Shown here one piece after another: positions 1 through 18,611 of a stretch of 64,000 bases of DNA. Source of the stretch: Amoebidium appalachense. Taxonomy: Eukaryota > Protista > Ichthyosporea. The notes under the pieces were generated by a model that searched no databases, had not been told where the DNA came from, and saw only the letters and a program-made list of their open reading frames with translations. Made by a program: the position numbers and the translations under genes. The DNA lies in contig CAVNZM010000001.1 in the NCBI GenBank assembly GCA_963693365.1, positions 17,169,840 through 17,233,839 on the forward strand, in the 5' to 3' direction. How positions within the stretch are numbered: the first letter of the stretch is position 1; the number at the start of each line of letters is the position of its first letter.

Positions 1-1044
1 TGTGGTGGCTGTATTTATGCTTTTGTGTTGAGATTTGCACTATATGAACAACAATACGCTTTATTTGTTGAATATGTTGTCTTATGAAAGAAAGTAAACC
101 TAACTGGGCTCTTCTGTTGGAAAGATAATAGTGTGATGAGAATGGAATAGTGAGCTTCGAAGTTCATGAAAAGGAATGCTTTTAAATCACGGACCAATGA
201 TCTGGTTGTGAGGCACCGGAATTTCGGGAAACCAATCATTCGTCGTTTTGGAATCCCAAGCCCATCGTGGTTGGCTAGAATTATCGGTGTGGAATGCGGC
301 GACCTGCCGCCTGGGAGGCTGGGCAGAGCGTACGGAGTGTGTCTACAATATTATCACAAGGACACAATGAATATATGACGACAAAATTTCCATTAATCTG
401 ATATTATATGTTTACATCAATGTATGTAATAGTGCACAGTGTCGTTATGAGAGCGGGAATAGCAAAGGCGTCCGTATTGTCGAAGGTGCCGATCGATCAA
501 AGAAAACTTCAACTTTTCAAATGCTCCTATGCCACTAAATTCGGCCAATCAAAAATCACGCGCGCTCATTCCATGTCACCGATGGTGCATTCTTATCCAA
601 TCACAATTCGTATGGCTACCATGGCTTACATTCCATCGCTATTTATAAATATGAGCGAGTCGCTCTGATGCCCACAGTTCTGTTTACAGCGACCGGACCT
701 AAACGTTCACGTTCGTCATCACTTTAGTGGTGAGACACATTTTATCAAAACTTATAATCAGTAAAGGACTATTCTATACACAACTTCCAAAAATTGCGTG
801 AGCCTACAGACAGGCTGATACGTAATAATAACAATTCGAGTTCCTGCATTTGGATAGACGCACAGAGCCGGGCACCTGTTATCATTAGAGAGGTGCCTTT
901 AAAATTGTATAAACAACATATCCACCTATTCCTGCCGTCAGTGTTATACCTGATATAGCAGCGTGTACATGCTCCTAAATACATGAATTGAAACAAGAGC
1001 ACAACCACTAGCTGCGAGGGTTGGGGTCCCACGCACCATTCAAC

Positions 1045-2489
1045 ATGGCAAGCAAGTCACTCTCAGCCGTATTGCTGTGTGTTGCGCTCAGTACACAGAC
1101 TGATGCCAACGCCATAAGGCGAAGGTCGCCCAAGATTATAAACTTTGGGATGGACCATGGCCAAGGGGTTATGAGTCACATGCAAAGAACATTTGGTAAG
1201 GAAGGGTCGTCAAAAGGTCCTAAGATTATCCCGGGAGAATACATTATTAAAGTCGACTCCACGTCAAGCAAGAATGGGGCGTTTGGGGCGTTGGAAAATG
1301 TAGAACAATTTTTTACGTTGAATGCACGAACAGCAGGAGAAGCACCGCCGGGAGAAGTAGTCAAGGTAAGAGCCATAAAAATTATTCCCACTCTCCTTTT
1401 CTCTTCGCTTGCACAACTCTTCCTTCCTTGCCAAACAGATGTATCTCACATGCAAAACAAAGCCAGATCTGGAATGTAGGATTTGTTATAAACAGTTGAC
1501 ATGCTCAAATGCCGTATTTACTTCATACACAAAACGTGGAATAGTAGAAAAGTGATATCTGTGTAGGTCCGGTATAAATTACGCATTATGTCGAAAACAC
1601 ATGTTACACTACACTGTCAATGAATGGCATCGGTCATAGCCCACCAAAATACATCAAATACATTTAGCTCACCAGTTCACCACCTGCAGGTGTACACAGG
1701 GATGAACGCCGTTCATGCGCGCATGAACGACTCAGCATTAGACAAATTGGCAGAAAACCCTGCTGTTGCATACATTGAGCCAGTGCAGCGATTCGAGGCC
1801 CTGTACGCATGGGGTGTCGACCGCGCAAATCAACGAACGTTGCCGCTTGATGAAAACGTGGACCTGCCGGCTGATGGGAGCAACGTCGATGTATACGTAT
1901 GTGTCACTTTTATATCCCTCTGCAAATAGTCGTTCTAGTGCATTGTGTCGGGGCTCTTGCATGATCCCTTCCATTGCTCAGCCCCATCCGCCATCCCCCG
2001 ACATGCACCCACCCACCCACCCACACACACACACACACACACAGGTCCCCCTCCAAACCACCAACCTCACCTGACCCTTCAACATCGCACAAAGTCGCAC
2101 GCCAACCTCCTTGCACATATTTTGTAAAAACCCTTCGATACCTTTCACTTACATATGCATCCCCTCTCTAGGTTGTCGACACCGGTGTGGAAGTCAGTCA
2201 TCCCGAGTTCAATGGTCGGGGCATCGATTTCTATTCGTATTTTGGGCCGTCAGCAGTAGACAAGCAGGGGCATGGTACGCACTGTGCAGGAACTATTGCA
2301 GGGAAAACATACGGGCTGGCAAAGGGGGCTACGATCAAGGCCGTGCAAGTGTTGGATGAGAATGGCGGCGGCAACACGGTCAGCATTCTGGCTGGTCTGG
2401 ATAGGGTTCTCAAGAGAAAGGACCCTATCAGGTGTGTGCTGATCAATATACTCCCCCCTCCCCCCTCCCCCCTCGCCCCCTTAACCGCC

Positions 2490-2553
<64 letters not shown>

Positions 2554-2571
2554 CTCGCCCCCTAAACCGCC

Positions 2572-2647
<76 letters not shown>

Positions 2648-3858
2648 CCCCCCTCCCTCCCCCCATCCCGCTCTCCATCCCCCTCCCCTCTCCCATACGG
2701 AGCATTCAGCCAACAGATGCCACAAGAAATTCATTTAACTAGTAATCGAACGTGTGTCTGTCTCCAAATGCACAGGCATTCGTTAATACACAGATCGTGA
2801 AATGATCTTGCACTAACTTTTTTTCTTCTCCAGACGTGCCGTTGTGTCCATGTCCCTCGGTGGAGGTGTGTCGCCCAGTGTAGACCAGGCAGTGAACGAT
2901 CTGATTAATGCCGGTGTGGTTGTTGTGGCTGCAGCCGGCAACTCCGGGGACGATTCATGCTTCAACTCCCCGGCACGTGTCCCCGGGGTGCTCACCGTCG
3001 GTGCTGTTGGGCAAACAGACCAGTTTTCCGATTTTTCGAATTGGGGCAGTTGTGTTGATATTCTTGCACCGGGAGAGGACATTGTCTCTGCGGGCCTGAA
3101 AGGGCACATGGGTGATGTTAAGACTGGCACCAGCATGGCTTGCCCCCACGTTGCCGCCGCGGCGGCCATCTACCTATCCCTCAACCCGCAGGCCACGGTC
3201 AAGCAAACGGTTGACGCCATTATTGCCGCATCCACAAAGGACACGGCCATTCTAAGAGGCGATGCACCGGGCACCCCCAACCGTCTCCTGTACGTTCCAC
3301 CTGAGTGGGCCACTACCGCCAGAGCTGCCCCCCCTCCTCCTCCACCCCCTCCACCCCCAACCCCACCACCACCACCCACCCCTCCCCCTCCCCCTCCTTC
3401 ACGCACTCCCCCTCCCCCTCCCCCTCCCCCCACCCCCACCACCCCAAGGAGGTGCGACTAAAGGCACGATCGGAACAGCCACACCCACCACCCAACAACC
3501 ATCTGCATGCGGTGGTAACTGCAAAGTGTTCACCGGGACACTGCTTGCCAACAAAGGCAGCACGTCGGCAACACTTGCTGTCTCGGCGGGCCCGAAAAAG
3601 CAGGTGCAGATCTTTATGAAGGGACCGGAAAAGGCGAGGATGAACATGAAAACATTGCACATGATCCCGGGCATGAATGGGAGGTTCACTTTTAAAATGG
3701 TGCCCAAGGCTGCTGCCCAGCTGAAGGGCCCCGAGGGGTACCAGGTGTTGGTTGCGTGCGCTGAGGAGGGTAAATTTTCAGTGTTGGTTGATGGTCCGAA
3801 TAACGGGCAGTATAGTTTGTTCGTGCCGCCCATCACAAGCCAGACTAAGAATTGCTAG
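1045..3858 (+). CDS. Secreted S8 subtilisin-like serine protease (proteinase K/aqualysin type): signal peptide, I9 propeptide, catalytic domain, Pro-rich linker, C-terminal domain
   Basis: Exons 1045-1365, 1690-1896, 2172-2431 and 2834-end, all GT..AG and phase-consistent. Catalytic triad motifs VVDTG (2172), GHGTHCAG and GTSMACPHVA; also AAAGNSG and GTPNRLLY. The I9-like prodomain has PGEYIIKV...NPAVAYIEP. The catalytic frame stops at 3461; a shifted frame continues to 3858, probably because of an indel in the C-rich linker. Confidence 0.93.
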
Positions 3859-4203
3859 CAACTTGTGCGAATAGTAAGTTTTAACAGTCTTTCTGTTTGA
3901 TTTTGAGGTAATTTTTTTATTCGATACTGGTAAATTTGTCTATGTGCTGGTGATACAACCTGTTCCCACTGATTGACTCAGTGTAACGTTAACGTAAACT
4001 ATGCGGGATATAGTGAAAATAGCATACATACTGCTGCAATATGAATGTAGATACATAATCTGGATATAGGCTAAGCGGAAATAAACGCAGATAATCAGAC
4101 TTCACACTTGTGAATTTCTCGGCAATGAGTCACCAGGTGGCTCATGCAGCCACAACTCACAACTCTAGAAACGGTAGCTTCATAGGCACTTGGTGCCTGT
4201 GTT

Positions 4204-4234
<31 letters not shown>

Positions 4235-4542
4235 CGCACGCGCGCGTGTGCGTGTTGGGCATTTTATTTTTTATTTTTTATCTATTTATTTTTTATTTTT
4301 TATTTATTTTTATTTATTTTTTTTGGGGGGGGGGGGGGGGAGAAAGGGAAAAAAAAGTAACAAACACCCACTACACAAGTACACAAACTTTCAAAGCACC
4401 CACACACTCCCATACCCGATCATCGGTGTCCGTAACATGCCTTCGTACACAAGACACGATCCATGTGGCAGGGAGCAGGCTTGCTCCAATGCATATACCC
4501 GCTTGCACATTGTGAAAGATACTGTTCAGTGCCGGCACATGT

Positions 4543-4580
<38 letters not shown>

Positions 4581-4716
4581 AGGTGTCAAGCAGTGTAACA
4601 GCGACGGATAGGGGACGGGGGGAGGGGGGGGGAGGGGGGGGGTATTTGGGGGGAGACGGGATCCAGCAGCGCTGTCGAACCTGCAGGATGGTGTATACAA
4701 TGGGGTCCACAGTGAC

Positions 4717-4779
<63 letters not shown>

Positions 4780-5497
4780 CGCGCGCGCGCGTGTGTGTGT
4801 GTGCGCGCGCGTGTGTGTGTGTGCGCGTGTGTGTGCGCATGTGTGTGTGCGTGTGTGTGTGTGCCCAATCTGACCTCCAACATCCCCCCGAAATCCCCAC
4901 CTCCCGATCTTGCTTTTGCATAATCACACACACCGAAGGCCCTTCCAAAAGGCATTACTGGAAGTTCAAACCTCCCCCCCTTCCCCCCCCCCCCCCCCCC
5001 CCCCTTCCCCTCCACGGCTTCCGACTCCCATCTTCCCAGCTTCCTCAAATTGTTCCTTCCCTCCCCCCTCCCCCCTCCCCACCCCGGGCCCTCACGTGCA
5101 CCACCCGCTCTGTTTTTCTCCCCATCTTCTCGGCCTTCTTTTGTAGACACACGGTTTACGTTTACGCTTGCACTTTTGCACCACACCACCACATACATAC
5201 TAGGCTGTGATAATCCACAACCACATGACTTTATAGTGTATTTGGACGAGCTACATGTGCTTGCCTACGGGTCCAGGTTTGATGCCAAGTCGGTTTAGGT
5301 AGCGATATTCGAATCGTTGCGAATATTTGGACTTATCTGTCCAACCGATTCTTGCATATCTGTGGACAAAGTTTACCGGTGCTAGATTCACAAGGTCCTC
5401 TTGACTCTTGGGAATGAGGCAAAGTCTGCATGTGTGTTTAATACAGCCATTATAGTCGGACTAGGGTTTTAGTCTTTAGTTTAGTTTTAGTTTTTAA

Positions 5498-5933
5498 CTG
5501 CAAATGACCTATCCTAGCCGACGGTCTCGGAGCATGTACAACATTCGATACAACATTCGACATTATGTTAACTACCAAGTCTTCTGAGCAACAAAAAGGC
5601 TTCCTTAACGACGCGATGTATGTTGGCTGTGTTCAGTTATCTTAGTATGCACATGCTTTTGGTTAGCTCGAGGAAAAGAATAATTTATTATTATTTCTTA
5701 TTGCCTGTGTATGCCGTGCATAATTGCACTTCCATCGGTTATATAAATAAAGTCCTAATAAAAAAGCTTCCATGTAAGTCCGAGAAAGTCCTTGTGACGC
5801 ATGATTGTCAGTACATGCGCACTAGGCACCGTTGTGCACTAGTCAAAATGAGTTGTTAATGCACAAGCAGTCGAATGTTGTATCGAATGTTGTACATGCT
5901 CCGAGACCGTCGGCTATGATAGGTCATTTGCAG
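5498..5933. mobile_element. MITE (436 bp) with 64-bp terminal inverted repeats and TTAA target-site duplication (piggyBac-like ends)
   Basis: 5498-5561 (CTGCAAATGACCTATCCTAGCCGACGGTCTCGGAGCATGTACAACATTCGATACAACATTCGAC) is the reverse complement of 5870-5933 with one mismatch. TTAA lies at 5494-5497 and 5934-5937. No convincing coding sequence inside. Confidence 0.85.
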
Positions 5934-5972
5934 TTAAACCTACTTATTACGTCATAATAATCACGCAAAAAT

Positions 5973-6034
<62 letters not shown>

Positions 6035-6602
6035 CGGTTCAAAGACGGGTCGGGGATGCATGCAGGTTTTCTTTTTCTTTCTTTTTTTTTTTTTCTTTCT
6101 TTCTTCTTTCTTTCTTCTTTCTTTCCATTTTTTTTTTGTGGGGTGGGGGGAAAGGGGGGTGGGACAAGTGGCCAAACCTCCCCCCCCCCTCCCCCCTCCC
6201 TCCCCCCCCTCCCCCCTTCCCCCCCCCCCCCCCCTTTGGATCCGGAGCCCCCTCCCTACCCTTTTTTTTTGTCTTCTTCCACAAGCCTTGAGACTTCCCT
6301 GTCCATCTCACTTTTACACGCCATGCTGTTGATTAAAGGGCACGGTGGAAAGGGATGAGGTTCCCGAGGAATATGAAGACGCTCAGGTGCTTACATAGAT
6401 CAATCTCTACTTTGTACGTCACTATTTTAGTCTCTCATAGTTCCTATCCGGTCAAAAACGGTGCAAATCTAAGCATACTTCAGCTGTGAAAACTTGAAGT
6501 TGAAGTTTCGATTTGCATTTTTACTGTCTGTGGCATGTACAATACATACGGAGAACTAGAACTGTGCTTCAATTACTACACAGAAAGTTTGTTTTGATAG
6601 AC

Positions 6603-6644
6603 TATATATATATGTATATATATATACTATATATGTATGTATAT

Positions 6645-6684
<40 letters not shown>

Positions 6685-6698
6685 TATATATATATATA

Positions 6699-6747
<49 letters not shown>

Positions 6748-6757
6748 TACATACATA
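6603..6757. repeat. (TA)n microsatellite grading into (CA)n
   Basis: Direct reading of the sequence. Confidence 0.9.
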
Positions 6758-7358
6758 TAGATGATGCCACGTATTGTAATATGTTTGGTGGCCATGAGGG
6801 CTTTGTATGAAGTGGGGGTGGGGGGGGGGGGGGGGAAGGGGGGGCTGTACGCAACTCTAGTAGTCGTGGCTTTTTTTGGGTGGTTTTGGAAACTGCTACA
6901 AAAAATGTGGTTGTCAACAAGTCACAAAGCATCCAGCACTGCTCTGTAATTGGTCGGACAGCAAATGTGGCCCCTCCATCTCCCTCCCTTGCCCCTCCCC
7001 CCCCCCCCCCCCCCCCCCCCCCTACCCCCTTCCTCCCCCTCCCCCCCTCTTCAAAAAAAAGAAAAAAAAAAAAAAAAAAGGACTCTGCAGCACGGTACTA
7101 AGGATAAAACCACCCTGCTGCGTCAGGGGTACCACCACACCAAAATCTACATGGTTTTGCAGGGTTAGCAATTTGATATTCATAACCACCGCATCTTCCC
7201 TCATTTGTTCTTGACTGCTGCTCCCTCAGAGTCTACCAGCTACCCACATTGACCCCCCCCCCCCCCCCCCCCCGGTACCCCGCTCTCCCGTTCCCGACCT
7301 CGAGCCCCCGGGCTTTCTGACTCAAAGGGCTTCCTGAGGCATTTTACAAGAAGCTGTA

Positions 7359-7400
<42 letters not shown>

Positions 7401-8006
7401 CCTCCCCGCCCGGCGGCCTCCCTGCACTTTTGGAACTTCTATACCATCTCGAGGGTGCAGAAAACCAGTGCAGTAGCGCAGAGACATTCAAAAGTTGACT
7501 CTGACACTTATCTCTTGTTTGAGTTTGGTTCTGGCCGCCTTCCATTACACCATAAGTCATCCTCTGTGGTTCGCGTTTTTGGGTGGGTACCGGCCCCCGA
7601 AGATTGTTGGTCACTCATTGATTTTATTGGTGTTTTTCTTTCCCCCCCCCCCCCCCCCCCCCCCCCCCCGTCACTACCACATATTCGTAAAGGCGACAAA
7701 TAGGTTATACTATTCGTAGCTATGACTCGCGCTGGTACATAAGCTGTATTCAGAATGATATCTCTCCTCAAGCATCCTATTGCACTCTCATCCCTTTTCC
7801 ATGGTGTGAGGAGAAACTCAATATAACCATCCCCCCCCCTCCCCCCCCCCCCTTCTTTATTTCGAAAGAGGGGCAGGGGTAGGAAGGGGGTGGGGAACAC
7901 AAAAAAAAAAAAAAGAGAGAGAGAAGAAAAAAGAAGAAAAAAGACCAAAGCAAAAGAAAGGAAACAAAACGCCAAACCGACACCGCTAATATTTCCAATA
8001 AACCCA

Positions 8007-14384
<6,378 letters not shown>

Positions 14385-14849
14385 TTTCAATTCCTTCACA
14401 ATACAAAAGTTCTTTAAAGGCTAAAAGTGAGCGAAGGTGTTGGCAGCGGGCTTTTTTCCTATTGCAGCATTCCTTTCAGAGGCTAAAAGCGCACTCTAAG
14501 GTGCCAGACAATTTACGTGCAGCCAGAAAGTGCGTTCTGTGTTCAGTGCACCTGAACGAATCCTGCAACAGCGCCCTTTTGATTAGCAAGAGCCTTGCGC
14601 ACAAAAAAAAAAAATGATGGCTAACTTTTGGTTTATGCGTCTATGAGACAACTGTCTTTGCGTGTTTCCCTTGTTTCCTAGGCTTTTGTGAGAGCGTCAC
14701 GGCAGTGCTTCGACACTACAATAACGTATCTGGTCCACAGGTCCAGGTTTGGACAAGTGACAGACTGGTGGTACTGGGTGCCGTGTGGTGATTGGAGCAA
14801 TAAAACAATTTGTAAGCCTGATTGGCTGAATCTATTGAATCTATTCGGA

Positions 14850-16825
14850 TCTATTCATCTTTTCGCCCCATCACACTAACCCAGGTTGTTCGTAGAATAG
14901 ATTCTTTGAAGCTTGCTTACTTAGGTTATTTGTATCGACTACTCGCCGATAAGCGAAACAGATATTCACATTGGTGGATATCCATCCACGCTGATATCTT
15001 GATGTCTATCCACCTGCAAATAAAACACGGTAGACAGACCTCGGAAGGTCAGTCTGGCAAGTCTCGAAACGGACCACTGAAACATGCACATTTGCACATC
15101 ACCCTAGGTTTCAATCTATTCTTCACATACACACATGCCAATCCGCTTTTCGTAAAAACAATTCATGTTATGTTCAAATAATGGCACTGCACGATTCTAT
15201 GCAAGTTGGTGCACGATATGTTGGTTTTATTAATTGGAAAACTGCTTACGATTCTGTCTCCCCTGGTCTCCTATGGGAAAAGCTTGCTGCACGGGGTGTA
15301 CCACACTGCATTGGTGTTTTGTTAGAAGGACTCTTGTCTCAAACCTATGGTAGAGCTGTGATTAATGGGCACCTTTCATATGGTTTTGCTCGTACTAGAG
15401 GTCTCTTGCAGGGTTCATTGCTTAGCCCCTTTTTGTTTAACCTATTTATAGATTATTTGGCTGTCAAGATTTTTGCCGAAAATGATGACCCTATTAATAA
15501 CTTTCCGCCTGCACTTCTCTATGCTGATGATCTGTCCCTCCTTGCCCGTACCCCTAGACGCCTGCAAAGATTGTTCGATGTAGTGTCAGAGTGGTGCAAG
15601 GCAAACCTTATGATCCTTAACATAGACAAATGTGGTGTTCTTGTACCTGATATAGCTAACAACTTACACACATTTACATTAGCATCTAAACCTGTACCTA
15701 TAGTTCCAGAATACAAATATCTTGGTGTTCCGGTTAATTCTGTTGGTGTTATGTTTTCCCATATGGTCGAAAAGAGGGTAGAGCTGGCTCGTAAGCGGTT
15801 AGCTTTCTTCTCGCCTAATATTTTTTTTGACACACCCCTCCATCCTTCTATTAGACTTACATTTATTCGCACTTTTGTCTTCCCGGCATGTGAATATGGT
15901 TTACCCCTTCTCGCCGATTGAATCAAGAAAGAGAGAACTAGAGCGCTTAAACCCTTGGCAAATTTCCTTGAAGCAGAAGTTGCCTCCTTTCTATCTTACA
16001 ACTGTTGTAAACCTGGGCCTGTAACGCTCTCGATATATGGTCTGGTCCCAATAGCTGCTAGAGTATCCCATCTCGCGCTGAAATTCAATAAGCACATAAG
16101 CCGCTTAAAGAAGTACTTGCCCTCCCACCCTCTCTTCTCTATCCGACCTGTCCCCTCCTCACCTCTCCCCTCTTTCCTTCCCTCTCTCTCTCCTTTTCCC
16201 CCGGGCACAAATACAAATAAACCCCGCAAAAGTGTGCGTGTGACTTTGGACTGCCACTTACTTATCAGACATGTACACAATCACAAGATAATTACACAAC
16301 TTGAACAAATGGAAAAAGATACCACACGACACCAGACCCGATGAAAGCATACACCTTGAACAACCAAGCCTTATGTCTCGTTTTATATATAATGACCGCC
16401 TTACTTCAACCATATTGCCAAATATGGCACTCGCAAATGTGTAACACCTAAATACATATTACCTTCCTGTAGAATTGGTCTTTCTCTAGCTGATGGTCTT
16501 ATTGATCACATACCGCGCATTTACTGTACACGTGCTATACAGTGGAGATCTAATAACTACGGTATAAGGTGGCATCGTTTGCATGCCCAAACAACACACA
16601 CACACACACCAGTTTAAACGGTCATGTATCGCCAAATGAAGTTTGATAGACCACATAATACCGCAACACACACACGTCACATTCACAACAGACACCCAGA
16701 AAGATAGCTTACGTATACCTAGAAATTACAACATCTTTGATAAATTTATACTAAACATGCGAAACTACGACCTGTTTATTAGATGTATTGATTGGTTTGA
16801 GAAACACATCATTGCAAAATTCTAG

Positions 16826-16884
<59 letters not shown>

Positions 16885-16932
16885 ACACACACACACACAA
16901 CCAGCTGATACCGAGTGTCCCAGGGGAGCCCG

Positions 16933-16964
<32 letters not shown>
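14850..16964 (+). mobile_element. 5'-truncated, decayed non-LTR retrotransposon (LINE) with RT domain and 3' (CA)n plus poly(A) tail
   Basis: RT motifs FRPITLT (~14860), QSAFR, FINWKTAYDSV, GLLQGSLLSPFLFNLFID, LYADD, LNIDKC and YKYLG. In-frame TGA at 15919-15921, with the same frame resuming to 16344, then further frameshifts and a C-terminus near 16825. (CA)n at 16826-16899; A-run at 16933-16964. Confidence 0.88.
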
Positions 16965-16965
<1 letters not shown>

Positions 16966-17215
16966 GGGGAACCCCAACTAATTGATGCACTTGTTACTGG
17001 ATAACTCGTGAAGTTTTTATTGTCTTCTCAGTATGCCGTGCATACTTGCATATCTTTCCGTCGAATAAATCCAGTCAAAAGAAATTTTTTTTTCTTAGTC
17101 TTTATGGTGTCTCGTAGAGAAAGTAAACCCTGATATATAATCATCACCCGACAGCTATGTACGTGATCATGATATACCGCTGAGGGGATACTCCGAGCAA
17201 AACCCCCCCCATACC

Positions 17216-17247
17216 CACGGCCATCTAGAGACTCCTAGATGGCCGTG
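17216..17247. mobile_element. 32-bp inverted-repeat element (13-bp arms CACGGCCATCTAG) with flanking direct repeat; probable P-type transposon excision footprint or minimal MITE
   Basis: CACGGCCATCTAG-AGACTC-CTAGATGGCCGTG flanked by CCCCATACC at 17207-17215 and 17248-17256. Identical arms recur at 47269-47301. Confidence 0.75.
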
Positions 17248-17384
17248 CCCCATACCTGAGACTGGTCTCTCTTTGCCTCGAGTAAACAGCGTAAACCCCC
17301 GGATCTATTTCAGTCCAATGGATCCAGCGAACAAGAGCCAACCGAAGACGGGATCCGGAAGGGGTCAGTGTACGGCGGTGTGGT

Positions 17385-17910
17385 TTTGGTCACGTGGCCT
17401 GCGCAATTTATAAGTTAAAGGAGACCTTTATCCCCGGGTTACGATATTCCGAGCGTCGGGGTGTGATCTGATTGGATGACGACACGACCTTTAACTTCAG
17501 TTAGTCTTGCCGTGATTGGCCTAGAGCGCACTCACCGAAATAACCAGGCTATGGACATTTCTATTGGGTTAGAGGAATCGAATAACCGGGTTAATGGGTG
17601 AGTGCGCTGCTAGCCAATCAAAGCGATCACTAGGAAAATGAGCCTGAAATGTGAATGTAATGATGTATGAATCAAATAACCGAGTTAAAGTTTGCATAAT
17701 GTATCAATAAAGTGAATGCTAAATCTTTATGGGTCATATCGTAACCGGATCATGTCGGCTCGTGTCCTCGCTCGACCTCGTTATTTCGGCTCGCCTTGAC
17801 GATTATTTTGGCTCGCCTATCGGCTCGCCAAAATAACCGACGGCTCGCCGAAATAACTTCGGTCTCGCTCGGCCACTCGCCCCATGACTCCTGATTATGC
17901 AACCAATATA
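17385..17910. promoter_or_regulatory. Repeat-free region dense in CCAAT boxes, an E-box and AATAACC motifs (promoter/enhancer-like or transposon subterminal)
   Basis: ATTGG/CCAAT near 17471, 17515, 17563, 17614 and 17903. CACGTG at 17391. AATAACC near 17539, 17581, 17676 and 17832. No target gene established. Confidence 0.35.
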
Positions 17911-18575
17911 GACAGGCTACGTGAAAACCGGCCCAGTGCCGATCGGTCACCTATCTAGTGGGCAGTGAGACGGCGGCCGCAACCCATCGATATTCGCTGG
18001 TACCCCTTGGCCGTTGTGTGAGAACCCAGAGGTGTCTGAAGTCTCGCGCCAAACACTCCAAAGCCGTGAATAAAAGTGCCCGTAACTGCCAGCCCGCCCA
18101 GCCGGGGTTTTTGGATCACATGCATGCACGTACACACGCATGCACACACATCGTCGCGCGCATGTGCGCACACGTACATAGAGCTGGACACACTGTTGTA
18201 CGAAACTGCATGATATGCGGTGGCGTACACACACCCAGCAACCTAGCCCACACCTACACATACAAACGCGTACACGCACACACGGCCTATTCTTACACAC
18301 ACACGTATACATATTATGCACACACACACTCACACACACATACGCACGCAATAGCACCAGGGCATTGTGACTCACGCACATGCACACGTTTTTGTATACG
18401 GCACGTACCGACAAGCACCTCACGCGCGCGCGCACACACACACATACATTCATACACACGAATAGGCATTGGTACACGGCACGTGTTGATCTTGTGGATT
18501 AATGACACACTGCCATAAACAAACCAACAGGCACACACACACACGCACACACGCACACACACACACACGCACACG

Positions 18576-18611
<36 letters not shown>

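Noticed and set aside
5200-7800. Short exon-like islands between the subtilase and FAM20-like genes
   Set aside because: No consistent phase or motif; probably UTR or intergenic.
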